Source: Octopus vulgaris (lineage: Eukaryota). Taken from it: a stretch of DNA of 64,000 nucleotides. This document shows positions 1 through 12,000 of this stretch, one piece after another. The position numbers and the translations under genes were made by a program. Under the pieces are notes generated by a model. That model saw only the letters and a program-made list of their open reading frames with translations, searched no databases and was not told where the DNA came from. The DNA lies in NCBI GenBank assembly GCA_951406725.2, contig OX597815.1, positions 68,262,001-68,326,000 on the forward strand. The letters are read 5' to 3'. How positions within the stretch are numbered: the stretch's first letter is position 1; the number at the start of each line of letters is the position of its first letter.

Positions 1-789
1 GCAACACATTGGCAAGTGTTTTCTAATATTTATGCACATACTGACAATCATAAAGATAATACATACCTATTTACAGATCTCAGCATTTGTGTTGTAAACT
101 TTCAACTAAACATTGTATATACTAAGATATTTATAAAAAAAACATAAATTCAGAAAGAAATAGAGAGAGAGAGACAGAGAGATAGTGAGATAGCTAAAGC
201 AGTGATGACTGCATAAACTTTGCTGTGTTTCATATTGTTCCTTCTCCCTTTCCATCTCTGTATCACTTTCATTCTTTCAATGTTCTGTTTCTTCTCTTAC
301 TTGTTTATTTCAATTCTCACTCTTACTCAGTCTTTCACTTCTCTCTCTCATTACAGCCCTAAGCTAGCTTTACCACTCTCTATTTTCACTCCTACTCCCT
401 GACATTTCAGTATAAACATCACCAACCCTACCACCACCATCATTTACCATTATCATATCTTATTTTTATATTCTCTTACTTTTACTCTCTATATATTTTA
501 GTACTTCTCTCTTTATAAATCTTTCTTCATTCACCATTATCAACACCACCATGCCTGCCCTCTGCTACCGTAACTACCATCTGTTTACTTTTTGCTCTGT
601 TTTAGTTACTTCCCTTATCATGATGTACAAGGTAGATAGGAACATACTATTGTATGGATATCTAGATTGTTGATATTTACAATCATAAATTCCTCATAAA
701 TTTATATTCTTGTTGATCCTTCAAAACAAGATGCATTATCTTACTATATTTAGGCATTAGTAGAATTATGAGTTTATGTGACTGGCAAA

Positions 790-1060
790 CTATGATGTGG
801 TCAAGACATTGTGGACACTACTTGTGGTTTTGTGTTCAATTCCCACTGCATGACACCTTGAATAAGTGTCATCTACAATGCTTTCAGGTTGACTAATACC
901 TTGTTAGTGAAATTTTATTGATGCAAACCCATTGTGTATGTGTTTGTCTCTGTGTATCTTTTTGATATCACTTGGGTAGCAGTGATATATGTTTATGTCC
1001 TGCATAATCATTATGTTCCACACTTTATTTTGAAAAGAAGCAAGATTTGGTGACAGGAGG
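790..1060 (+). mobile_element. Degenerate tRNA-derived CORE-type SINE
   Basis: gttcaattcccactgcatgacaccttgaataagtgtc (B-box plus CORE-like block) shared with better copies at 56476 and 58575. Confidence 0.6.
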
Positions 1061-1129
1061 GGCACCAGGATATAGAATATTTGTTCAGTCAATTCTGGCA
1101 TGAAAAATGTGGATGTAAAAATATTATTT

Positions 1130-1357
1130 TAAGGTCCATTTTTCCATGTTTTCATAGGCCAGACAGAATTTGTTAAGGCTGATTTTCTTTGACTAGATGT
1201 CCTTCCTGTCACTGATCGTCACCTGTTTCTAAGCAAGACATTTCCCCATTGCCAGAAATGTTTTTCACAGAAGATTGGAAATGAACGACATTGTGTGTAT
1301 GATGGTGACACTTGTTTACAACCATCATGTGTTGTTGAGACAAGACTATGCATGCAT

Positions 1358-1398
<41 letters not shown>

Positions 1399-1545
1399 AT
1401 GGGCTTCTTATAGTTTCCATCTACCAAATCTACTTACAAATCTTTGGTTGGCTCTGGGCTATAATAGAAGACACTTGCCCAAGGTGCAACACAGTGGGAC
1501 TGAACCCGGAATCACATGGTTGGGAAGCAAGCTTCTCAGTCCTGC
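1130..1545 (-). mobile_element. tRNA/CORE-type SINE with RTE-like 3' tail and internal (CA)n
   Basis: Reverse complement of the SINE head (gacacttgcccaaggtgc...gtgggactgaacccgg), (CA)n at ~1358-1392, and a tail resembling the RTE 3' end. Confidence 0.75.
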
Positions 1546-1850
1546 ACGTATGTGTGTGTGTATGCACACACACACACACACATATATAATACATATTTAT
1601 ATTTAACTCTTCTTATTCTAGTTAGAATTTAAAAAAAGAGATGGAAAAAATCCAGGTGCCTGATACCTCCTACTTGAAAGAAAGGCCTTCTCTTTCTGCA
1701 CAAAGTCTGTACTAAATGAAACCTAAATAATATAATGCATGGTAACAAGATATGAGCTAAAACTGTGATAGAACTACAAAGTCAGGAGAGAAGGCAGTAT
1801 GATCCATTGGTTGTGTGCTCTCAGTTTGCATGGAAACCATTGTTGTAAGG

Positions 1851-4719
1851 AAGTGTTTCCCAAACTTTTCACACTAAATTGCAATATCGTCCACCTGTGT
1901 TAACCCCCCACCCTGACACTAAATTCCCTAGGAGAACCTCATTTAACACACACACTATATCATAGACTTGTTGCCTGGTTAGTGCCGTTTAGACTAATTA
2001 TGCAGCTATTTACAAATCCCTTACTGTGGGTTTAGTTTTGCCATTAGTGTCAATAAAATTCTAACATTAACTCTATAATATGCAGACAAATTAACTTTGG
2101 TAAACTTGTGCTTTCTTTTACACTGATTTTTATTTTCCCCAAATGAACCATGCAAAAATAATTAATGATTGTATTATAAAGGTAAAGAATACAACTTTTT
2201 AATGCGAACCACATGTTCTGGTGCGATGCAGCTAGTGCAGATACATTCGGTTTCAAACTTGTCGACTTTAGCCGCAAGTCTCCTCGTGTCACATCCAGTC
2301 TAGTAAAGTTCCAATATAGCTAAAACGAGGTTCAACCAGATACGAGATAGGGAAGGCAAGCAAAAGTAATTTCCAATGTTTTCAGAGATTGAGGTAGGAA
2401 TTCAATATACTTTGATGGAACCACAAACCTTCTTTACCATTGTGGCGTCATTGTCATTTTGTAATTCTGTCAATTCCTCCTGAACGTCATCCTCTCAATC
2501 AACTGCATTGACCTCAAATAGATTGCTATAGCAATTTAGAATATTCAGTGCAATAACATCTTGAAATTGTTTCACCATGTCATTATGCATGATTGTAAAT
2601 AGTTACAATATGTAGTTAAATCCTCATCGACCAGTTCATCTTTCAAAGAATCAAGTTGTGAAAGTTGATGGAATTGATGTTTTGAAATGTTAGTCTTATA
2701 CAGCACCAATTTTGAAATGAAGGTAATGATAAATGATTTACAATCAGTGAGTTTTTCTATTTCCTTGCAATAACTTATTCAAGTCATTTAATTTTGTGAA
2801 TACATCAAAGAAAAAAGACATCACACCTTTGAAGCCATCAGTGAAGTGGATAGTGGAGTATCATCAAAGAAAGATATGGTTATATGAAACAGTTCAGCAA
2901 AGCATAAAACAGAGTTTCCTTTTAACAGCCACCGCGCTTTGGTATGATATAAGAGTTTAGTATAGTTCTCATAATTTCTCAGACAGAGTTGATAGAAAAT
3001 TCGATTAGACAAATGATTGGACTTCAGTTTGTTCACAGTCTTGATATCTAACTGTAATGCATGATTCAATCTATTGTTCATATTTTTTGCCACTAAATAC
3101 TGCCAGTGTGCCATGCAATGAACAGTTAGTATCTGGTGGGAAATTTCACGCTTTAGGAGAGATGAAAAATCTGTCTTCCTATTATCACAGGAGCTCCAGC
3201 AGACACACAGGCAAGAATATTACTGAGTGGAATATTATGGTCAAAAAGGAAAGACTTGAGAGTGTGAAAAATAGCAACAGTTTCTCTGTAAACAGCATTT
3301 CTTCACAAGGTTGAAGGTCTTCACTGAAATACTGAATATATACCATTGTCAAACATTGATTCTCCACAACAGTTGGCTCATCCACTTGTATAGAAAATTC
3401 AGAATGCCGGAGAATATTAATTAGCTGATGGTTGACATCGTTGGCCATTTCATCAATGCATCGGGAAATTGTGTTATTACTAAGCAGGATCTCTTCATAA
3501 TGTCATCAGGTTTTGCATTCATAGTGGTTGACAAAACCCCTTCGATAACCGGGTGAGGTAATGTTTCTCCAACTGTGTGAGACTTCCCAGACTTAGCAAT
3601 AAGCAATGCAATGTTGTATGATACAATCAACCTGTCATTCTCCTGCTTACTAGTTTCCTGGAGTGGCATGTTGAATGTTTGTGTTTGCTTTTTGAAAGAG
3701 GCACTCAGTTGTAAAAAGTATCACGGCTTGTCCTTGTCAGAATGCTTTGCATCAAAGTGATACTTAAAGTGTGAAGGTTTCACTGCTTCGTTGGTCGATG
3801 TTTGATGACAAAGAAGGCAAATTGGTAATTGACAGTTCTGAGGAGGGAATAAATCCAAATGACAAATAATCACTACTGTATTGTCAACAAATTTTCTTGA
3901 CTGAAGGCTTCAGTAAAGTGAAAATGTGAAAATGAATTTCTACAGACAGCATCAGAAAGACAGTATGATATTCCCAAAGAGAAGTCAATAGAGCAGAGTC
4001 AGATGAAACATCTTTACTGGAGCAAATACAGATCTAATTTGTTTGGCTGTCAGTATTTCAAAAATTAAAGTTTATCAGAAATTTTAAAATTTAGATATAT
4101 CTTTCCAAGTTAAATTGCTGGAGTTATTCAACTTTTTCCAGAAAAATGTTTTTAAAAGGTTATAGAGGTATAAAGTTTGATCATTTTCACTCAGTCAAGA
4201 AACACAATTTCAAAGCTGTCATTTTGTACGTGACTGCACATTTTGTCAAGATCTTGAAAATAGCACTTGTGTTTTGATATGAAGCCATAGAATTACACAT
4301 GACATATAATCCCTCATAACTTTTTTATTTTCCGGAGTTTCAGAGAATTTCTATGAATTTGTATCCTACACAAAGGACTTCATGATTTAAGCATGATTTA
4401 AGGCCTAGGTCTATTTGCCTGCTATTTTTAGCACATATGACAACCATCTCAATGACTGTGCAGCAAAAATATTTGATTGATAAACAAGTCCACTTTTTTA
4501 ATACAAAGGGATATCTCATGCAAGTAGTCAAATTGATAAACATGCACCCTTATTCTAGGCATGCCTAGATATAAGTAAATGCAGACTTAATTTCTAAAAA
4601 TTCTTTGTCACCCAAAAAATGTTCACATCACCCACCATTTTCTAGATATTCGCCCATCACCCACCTGTAAGTTGGAATTACCCACCTGTGGGCGATATTG
4701 CCCACTTTGGGAAGCTATG
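1851..4719 (-). mobile_element. hAT DNA transposon, Buster/Charlie family, full-length but decayed
   Basis: Identical 8-bp TSD TTGTAAGG at 1843-1850 and 4720-4727, with the central TA typical of Buster elements. Imperfect TIRs aagtgtttcccaaa / tttgggaagctatg and subterminal ccacctgtg repeats. Minus-strand transposase fragments: BED-like PICLLC..NEAVKPSH..HF..KH, SYNIALLIAKSGKSHTVGE, FSIQVDE, LLYHTKARWL.KG. Confidence 0.9.
2260..3900 (-). pseudogene. Disrupted hAT (Buster/ZBED5-like) transposase
   Basis: ORF pieces 3421-3669, 3185-3448 and 2821-3114 carry successive hAT motifs separated by frameshifts and stops. Confidence 0.85.
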
Positions 4720-5907
4720 TTGTAAGGTATCTGAGCTGGCTGGATATTAAAGGGAGTATATTGCAATGGACTTGTAACATGAACGAATATAGGATGTCTG
4801 ATGAGTAAAATATTGCTGTGAGCTGATAGTGTAGATCATCTGTTGTAGAGATTGAGGAAAATATGGGAAGAAGCGTTATTACATCTTACAGGCAACATAA
4901 TGTAGAATTAGAGGAGAACACTGTAAGGCTTATCCAACCAATGTCAACATATAAAAACAGGCTAAAATGATGAAGAATAGAACAGGTTCGATAGGTTTGT
5001 TTGGAAATCTGTGTTTTATGACTAGATTGTTTGCATGGTGTAATTCACTTTATCATTAAATGGAATGTGCTTGTTTTCAACAAGCTTGTTTGTATGTATT
5101 CTGTGTTTCTGGTTGAAACACAGAGCACACTTGAAAGTATTAGGCTATGTTTATTTCATTCTTGGTTTTGTCTAGTCTTTAACAAGTGATGTTACTTTTT
5201 AAAACTTTCACTTTGTCTTAATAGTGGATTCTGTGTGTAATCAATTATCACTGGCGTTTTGCCAGTTCTTTTTATGTTGACTTTTACTGTAGTTTTCTTA
5301 TCATTAACTGAGAAGCAAGCTGCAGCAGTTATCTTGCTTGTTTTTGCTTCCTTATCTCAGATAAATTCCTTTTAACACCCAATTGTGCAACTCCCCGTAC
5401 ATGCTGTTGTCTTCAAAATTCATTCCAGAGATTTTGAATGATAGTCAACATAAAACTTGTCAGTACAGCAGTAAATTCTTCAGAGCAACGAAGACAAGTT
5501 CAAGCAAAACTTCCAGTTGAGTTGGCAATATGTCTGATTTAGTCTTGTGTTATGATGTAGAAATTATCAAAACAGCTCCAGTTGTATCACTGAGGCAAAA
5601 TCATGGAGACAGTTATAATTTAAATTGTCTCAAAATGTCGGTATCACTTCTTTTGTCTCCAAATGTTTTCAGAAATTTTCAAATATAAACTATCATACTG
5701 TTCTTTTTATGTGTTTAAATTAATCTCAGACAGTTAATAGTTTAGGAATGTTTGATTTTATGAATTTGGATATTTGCATGTATTGTAGTTGCTGTAATAT
5801 ATTTTTGGAACCCCCTCCCTAAATTTTAATGTCTTTGCTTTCAAGCTGCATTGACTGAGACCAGTAGCTGTGTCTAAGAACCCAGAAAATATATTTATTA
5901 TCATTAG

Positions 5908-6280
5908 GGTCACAGGCTGGGTTGTGTAGTTAAGAAGTTTGTTTTACAACCACATGGTTTGAGATTTACTCCCACTGTATGACACCTTGGCCAAGTGTCT
6001 TCCACTATAGCCCTGGACTGACCAAAGCCTTGGATTTGGTGAATGGCAACTGAAAGAAACCTTTTATGTGTGTGTGTAGGGTCTTTGCATTGTTTGATGG
6101 TTGTAAAAGAGCATAACCACTGAACAAGCAATGTCATTTGTTTCTAATCTACTGGCCATATAGAAATATTACCTTGCTGGTGAGGATTGATAATAGGAAG
6201 GGCATCTGGCCACAGAAAATCTATCTCAAATTCTGTCTGACCCATGCAAGCGTTGAAAAGGGAAGAGTAAATGATGATTA
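5908..6280 (+). mobile_element. tRNA/CORE-type SINE with RTE-like tail
   Basis: cccactgtatgacaccttggccaagtgtcttccactatagccc head; ends tgacccatgcaagc...aaatgatgat. Confidence 0.75.
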
Positions 6281-7448
6281 GAGGTGCAAGCATGACTATG
6301 TTAAGAAGTTTGCTTTACAACTAAGTAGTTTTGGGTTCATTGCCAAAAATTCACAACTATTATAAATGGATGGGAACAACAAAAGGCCTTCTACACATTT
6401 TCTAGACATAAATTTCATTTCATTGGTTGTGGTTACTTCAAAATACCAATGTTTTTACAGACCTTGTGTGTACCCCTACAATTTTTCTTGTGCATCCCTA
6501 GTGGTATACATACCCAGATTTGTGAACTGGTTTAGAGAGTAAGATTTTAAGGCTTTGGCTTTTTGCCAGTCTTTTTACATGTAGCTGATGGGGAGGAGGA
6601 TGTTTATCATTATCAACAACAATAACAAGTCTATCAAGATCTAAAAATATGCAATCTGATGGCTACTTCTTTTTTTTCTTCTCTATACAAATATCCAAGA
6701 CTTTCATTCTAGTCACCAATTTGTCCCAGCACTTTTTACAAAACCGAAACTTCTGTTGCTCTCCAAGAATTAAATCTCTTTCTCTTGACTCCTTTCTACT
6801 TAAATTATAACATTCTTTGTAGAGTTTACTCTCAATGGTACTCACCTGAGGATATAAAAACATGTCAAGCATATGACTTTTCCTCATGAAAAACAATCTC
6901 TTAAATAACTCTTTAAGTTAGTAGCTTTACTAAACTTCGTTTCATAACTTGGAAATCTCTCTGGTTTTTCATTTTGTTGAGTCAGGAACATTTTAGGTTA
7001 ACCAAAACCTCCAACACTTTGATTAGTTGAACCTAATACTGGTAGTATCTATTTCCAGATCTATTTCATACCATTCTTATTATCTACTTGGTATCTATAT
7101 TAAGAAAAATGTGTTGGTGAAATATTAGTGTTGATAAAGCCTTCTGCTATAAAATTGACCTTATACTTATTCAAAAGAAATTATACATTATTTTTCTTCA
7201 TTTAATTCAATATTAGAAAACTGTTTACATATTCATATGCTTATTTCTCATAAATATTTTAATTATTCAATTCTTCATCTCACTTCAACACTTGATGTGT
7301 GGTACATAGTGCACCTGTTCAGACAACATTGATTCGGTGGAGGTAGTGAGCTAATGTGTGCAGCATGAACATTTGATCACTATAGACAAATTATTTGTGC
7401 AGGTCATTTAGCAAAAGCTGAATGTGCATATGTTGTCAACAGGAAAGC

Positions 7449-7514
<66 letters not shown>

Positions 7515-10432
7515 TATATATACACACACACACACACACATATATATATACACACACACACACAAGTGAAATAGGTTTGTGTGTGGTTATTGGTGTTTAC
7601 CGGTTGTCTATTGAAGGCACTTGTATATCGCAGGTGCTGCCATCAAAGCAGAAATATCATGAACTTATATTGCATGGTACCTTGTCTGACACTGCACCAA
7701 TTCTGTCAATCCACTGTTATGAATTGGTACTTTATTAACCAACTTCAAAAGGATTTCTTTCTTTCTCCTCACTGAGAACCAAAAATATGCTACGCTCCAT
7801 TGTATTGGGTACTGTAGCATCTTTATCTATTTTCTACTTTCATAGTTATATAATGTGTGTGTATGCACATAAAATTTTGACTTCAGGTTATTTGATATAG
7901 GTAGGGCACAATAAAATACTCTTAAAATTTCTCTCATGCAAAACTAGCTATTTCAGGTATACTAATTATTGTAATTAGTTGTGAATTATCCATTACTTTT
8001 ATCCAGATTTTTGAGCCTAAATATAAGGGTTGCACAGTCTACATATTCTACATGAGAATTAAATGTAACCCCACTTCCATCAAGTGTATTGTTATATTTG
8101 TCAAGACAAGATGACACAAACACATATGCATTATATGTTCATTCAGTTTTACATCCAGTTTTCTGTGCTAGTATGGGTTAGACAATGTATTATAGAGCCG
8201 TTTGTTTTATAGCTTGATGCACTTCTTGTTGCTAACTCCTCTTAAGTTCAGAATCATGTAAGGGATCTCTTATTTCATGTCTTTGATCACATGGAGTGAG
8301 TGAGCAATTTGTTGGCAGCAAAAACAGTAGTCACAAGTAAATTTCATAGATGCCAAATATAAACAAACACCGGCATGTACACACATAAACATAAGTGTAT
8401 GTATGTTAATACATATGCACACACACACACTCCCTCTCTCTCTCCAATTTTTGCCAACCAAATTCACTCTTACAAGTGAATTTGGTAGCCTGAAGTTATT
8501 GTAGGAAACACCCAAGGTGTCACACTGTAACAATGCATAGATAAGGATATGAATGAGTTTACTATTTTAGCTCTTAAACTGCTACCAAGTGTTCAGAGGC
8601 AAGCATTCATTTCTCTCAACTGGTGATTTTCAATGAGAAATGGTCTATGTAATCATACTTAATTACTGCTTTAAGTTTCTGTCTATCAAATCCACTCACA
8701 AGGCTTTGATCAAACTCAGGCTACAGAAGTCACTTGCATAAGGTGTCACACATTGAATCTGAACCTAAAATCACCTGGTTGAATAGCATATTTCTTAACC
8801 ACACAACCATGCCTTAAATCATTGCATTAAACTCTTTCTCCTTCAATTTTGTTTGTACCTGGCATCACAGCTGCTCCAGAGTATGTTTGGCTGACCAATT
8901 TAGTATCACTAAAGAAGTTTGACATTTTCTATCATACCAACCTATTTTGATGCACTTTTGTTATTATTGGCATCATAAAGTTTTAAAAATCTTTGATATA
9001 TTTTACATTCAGTTGCACACCAGATGATAGTACAGAATTGGCCGTGCATTACACAGTCGGTCTCTTTCATCTACTTCCACTAAAATAAACAGAGCACTTG
9101 AAACTTCAGTACAAATTATTTCAACTATTACATTATATCAATTGCAGATATAATATTGCTTTGTACTGTACTTGATGAAACTCCTGGAAAATATTTTAAT
9201 CCTTCTTTGGTAGATGCAAGGACTCTATTTCAGCAAAGCAATCTAGAAACGTAACAGTAATTACCATTATTAAGATTATGTTTTCCTCAATCATGTGCAC
9301 TCAATGGTTGTTCTTGTGTGCAAAGGTGCTGTTTTAATTATTGTCCAGTTTCTTCAAGTAATTTGTTATTCCAGTCTTTTTGAAGTGTTGCGCATTTACC
9401 AGTAGTAGAAGGTTTTTAAACATTTGTAATTATTTCAATGTTTCATTGATTTCAAATGATGTTTGCATTCACTGAGAATATATTTATAACTAGAGTAACC
9501 AATATCAGCCCACAACTGACCTGAAAAATTAAGCAAGATCTATCACGCAGGCCTTCTTCTGTTCATTGTATCTAATTTGATACAAACATATATTACTTAA
9601 ACATACAGTGGTGGAGTAGATCAGCTGCATTATTTCTCACTATTCAATAATCCTCTGCTCAAAGGATTCCTCTTTTAGTTCTAACACTATATCTTTTTTG
9701 TTTATCATCGTTGTCATTTTAGCATCCTTCTTTTCTTTTTTTCCCACTCTTGCATCAGGCAGATGAGATTTATTGAGGCAGATTTTCTACAACTGGAAGC
9801 CCATCTTTTCACCAACCTTCACTTGTTTCCAAACAAGTTGATATTTTCTCCATGGTCAAATGTGTCTTTGCAGAATATTGGGAATGAATGAAACTTTGTA
9901 TGTCAGTGACATTTATTTACAACTGTTACACAATGTTGAGACAAATAGACACGTACACACATTCATACATACATATATCGTCATCATTTAACATTCATTT
10001 TTTATGCTGGTATGTGTTAGACTGTTCAACAGGAACCGACAAGCCAGAGGACCACACTGAGCTCCAATGTCTGCTTCAGTATGGTTTTTACAGTAGGATG
10101 CTTTTCCTTATGCCAATTACATTACAGTGTGTATTGGGTGATTTTTATTTTTTGCACTAACACTAGTGAGGTTGCCTAGTAACTCAAAACTCCTCAATTG
10201 AGTGGGGGTATAATATAGAAGGAGGTGACATTACACCAGGTGTTGAGAGGTTAAAGTATGATAGAAATACAGCAACAGGTCTCTTGATGTAGAGGAAATA
10301 TATGACAGCCCCAGCTGGAAAGAGTGAAGGAGATAATGAGGGTGTACCCTCATGGTATAAGACAGAATATGGATAAAGTATCAAAAAAGTTGGGTATGTA
10401 GGTAGAGAGTGTAAAAGAAAAAAATGGAGGTG

Positions 10433-10489
10433 GACCATACCTCGACCCATGTGTCCCAGTAAATGGGACACATGGGTCGAGGTATGGTC
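10433..10489. repeat. Perfect 26-bp inverted repeat with 5-nt loop
   Basis: gaccatacctcgacccatgtgtccca-gtaaa-tgggacacatgggtcgaggtatggtc; the arms are exact reverse complements. Confidence 0.95.
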
Positions 10490-10719
10490 AGTGGTGAATA
10501 TTAGTTTGGGGAAAGTAAAGGAATGGAAGTCAGAGAGGAGAAGGAGGTAATAAGGGGCAGTAATAAGGAGACAATGTGAAGTGTAAGAGGATGAATAATA
10601 TTATTTACAGCACCTGAATGATAGTGCTATGGTTAGAAGAGAGATGGATCTTAAAATATGAATCGTGAGAAAAGCTTGACAGGATATCACTTTTACTGAG
10701 ATGGATGGCTCTTAAGAAT

Positions 10720-11150
10720 AGTATATTGCCAATCATCTCAGTCCTTTGTCATCTCCTCTGTGAGGTCTAGCATCTTGAAGTTGGTCTTCACTACGTTATT
10801 CCACATCTTGCTGGGTCTCCTTTCCACAGGTTCCATCCATGTGTCAGCCAGCTCTTCTATGCAGCTGTCCTCATCCCTCCACATGATAAGTCTCCTCTCT
10901 TGAACACTACATCTAATGCCTTTTATTCCCAATTTTTCTCTCAACATGTTTTTAGTTTGCTGTACAAGTACACTGACATTGCTCATCCAGTGGAGCATGC
11001 TAGCTTCATTTCTTTCTAGTTTTTGCTTGTCCTCTGCATTCATGGACCATTACTACCTAAGTGTCATACAATCTGCTTCCACTCTAAGAGAGAAGTTTTT
11101 TGTAACCAACAGCAGTAATAGCTTTCTAAACTTTCTCCAGCCATTTGGAG
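10720..11150 (-). mobile_element. RTE LINE 3' ORF fragment
   Basis: ERNEASMLHWM..., LREKLGIKGIRCSVQERRL and GWRKFRKLLLLL...LRV, homologous to the RTE at 26124-29192. Confidence 0.85.
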
Positions 11151-11339
11151 ATTTAAAAAATAAAGCACTAGCCAAAAATTGGGGGTCAGTGTATTCAATT
11201 TTGTTCATCTGCAAAATTTGAGCCCTTGTACTTAAGTACATAAGTACAAGTATAGCTAGCCATCAATCACAAGAGCATGTCTTAATAAAATGTACCATGC
11301 TCATTGTTTTATGTGCTTACGTAGTTTTAAGTGTGTGTG

Positions 11340-11946
11340 TGTATGGTATACACCCACCTTTTCACTAAACGTTAAGAACATAGCTAACTCCTTTAATATA
11401 CTGGACTCCAACTTCACCCCTCAACATAAATATTACTCTATCTTTAATAGATCTACCCTGAAGTTATCCTATTCCATCCCACCCAACTTTGAGTCTATCA
11501 TAGCAACCTCTAATAAACAAAAGCTTTCTCTCTACTATCAAAACTCACACTATAACAACTCTGAATACACAAGTGCCCAACATGTACACAGCTCCAACAT
11601 TGAACCCCATATGTTAGACCACAACCATAATCCAACCTATCCTACTAACACTATCCAGAATACTACCACAACTTCCACCACTGCTACAGATAGAAAACTT
11701 AATGACAGCAATAATAACAATAATAGTAATAATAATACTAATAACTTAAACCTTTCTACCCCCATCTCTAACCTCTACTCTGTGAGTATTATCTCTTCCA
11801 TTCCTGAAATTAATCCCTAAAATGCATCCACTTGTAACTGCTGTCCTGAATTCATCTACCCTCTACAAACCCATTGTAGAAGATATAATGTAATTTATAA
11901 ATGCAATGTCCTCAGCACATTACACAATTCTACAGCTATCTATGTA
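11340..11946 (+). mobile_element. Penelope-like element fragment (post-RT linker, Cys knuckle, start of GIY-YIG)
   Basis: WYTPTFSLNVKNIANSF...KYYSIFNRSTLKLSYSIPPNFESII; after one stop, TCNCCPEFIYPLQTHCRRYNVIYKCNV...AIYV. Ends in a (TATC)/(TA) microsatellite. Confidence 0.7.
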
Positions 11947-12000
11947 TCTATCTATCTATGTATATATATATATGAAGGTTGAAAAGGAACACACGAGTTG

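Noticed and set aside
5530-5640. Short ORF MSDLVLCYDVEIIKTAPVV...KMS followed by gtatca, as a possible first CIT exon
   Set aside because: It would end in phase 0, incompatible with the phase-1 start of exon 46726; weak donor and no CIT similarity.
6663-6896. Minus-strand ORF with a consensus CAG|GTGAGT donor near 6843
   Set aside because: No recognisable protein, no supported acceptor or partner exons; likely chance or an old TE.
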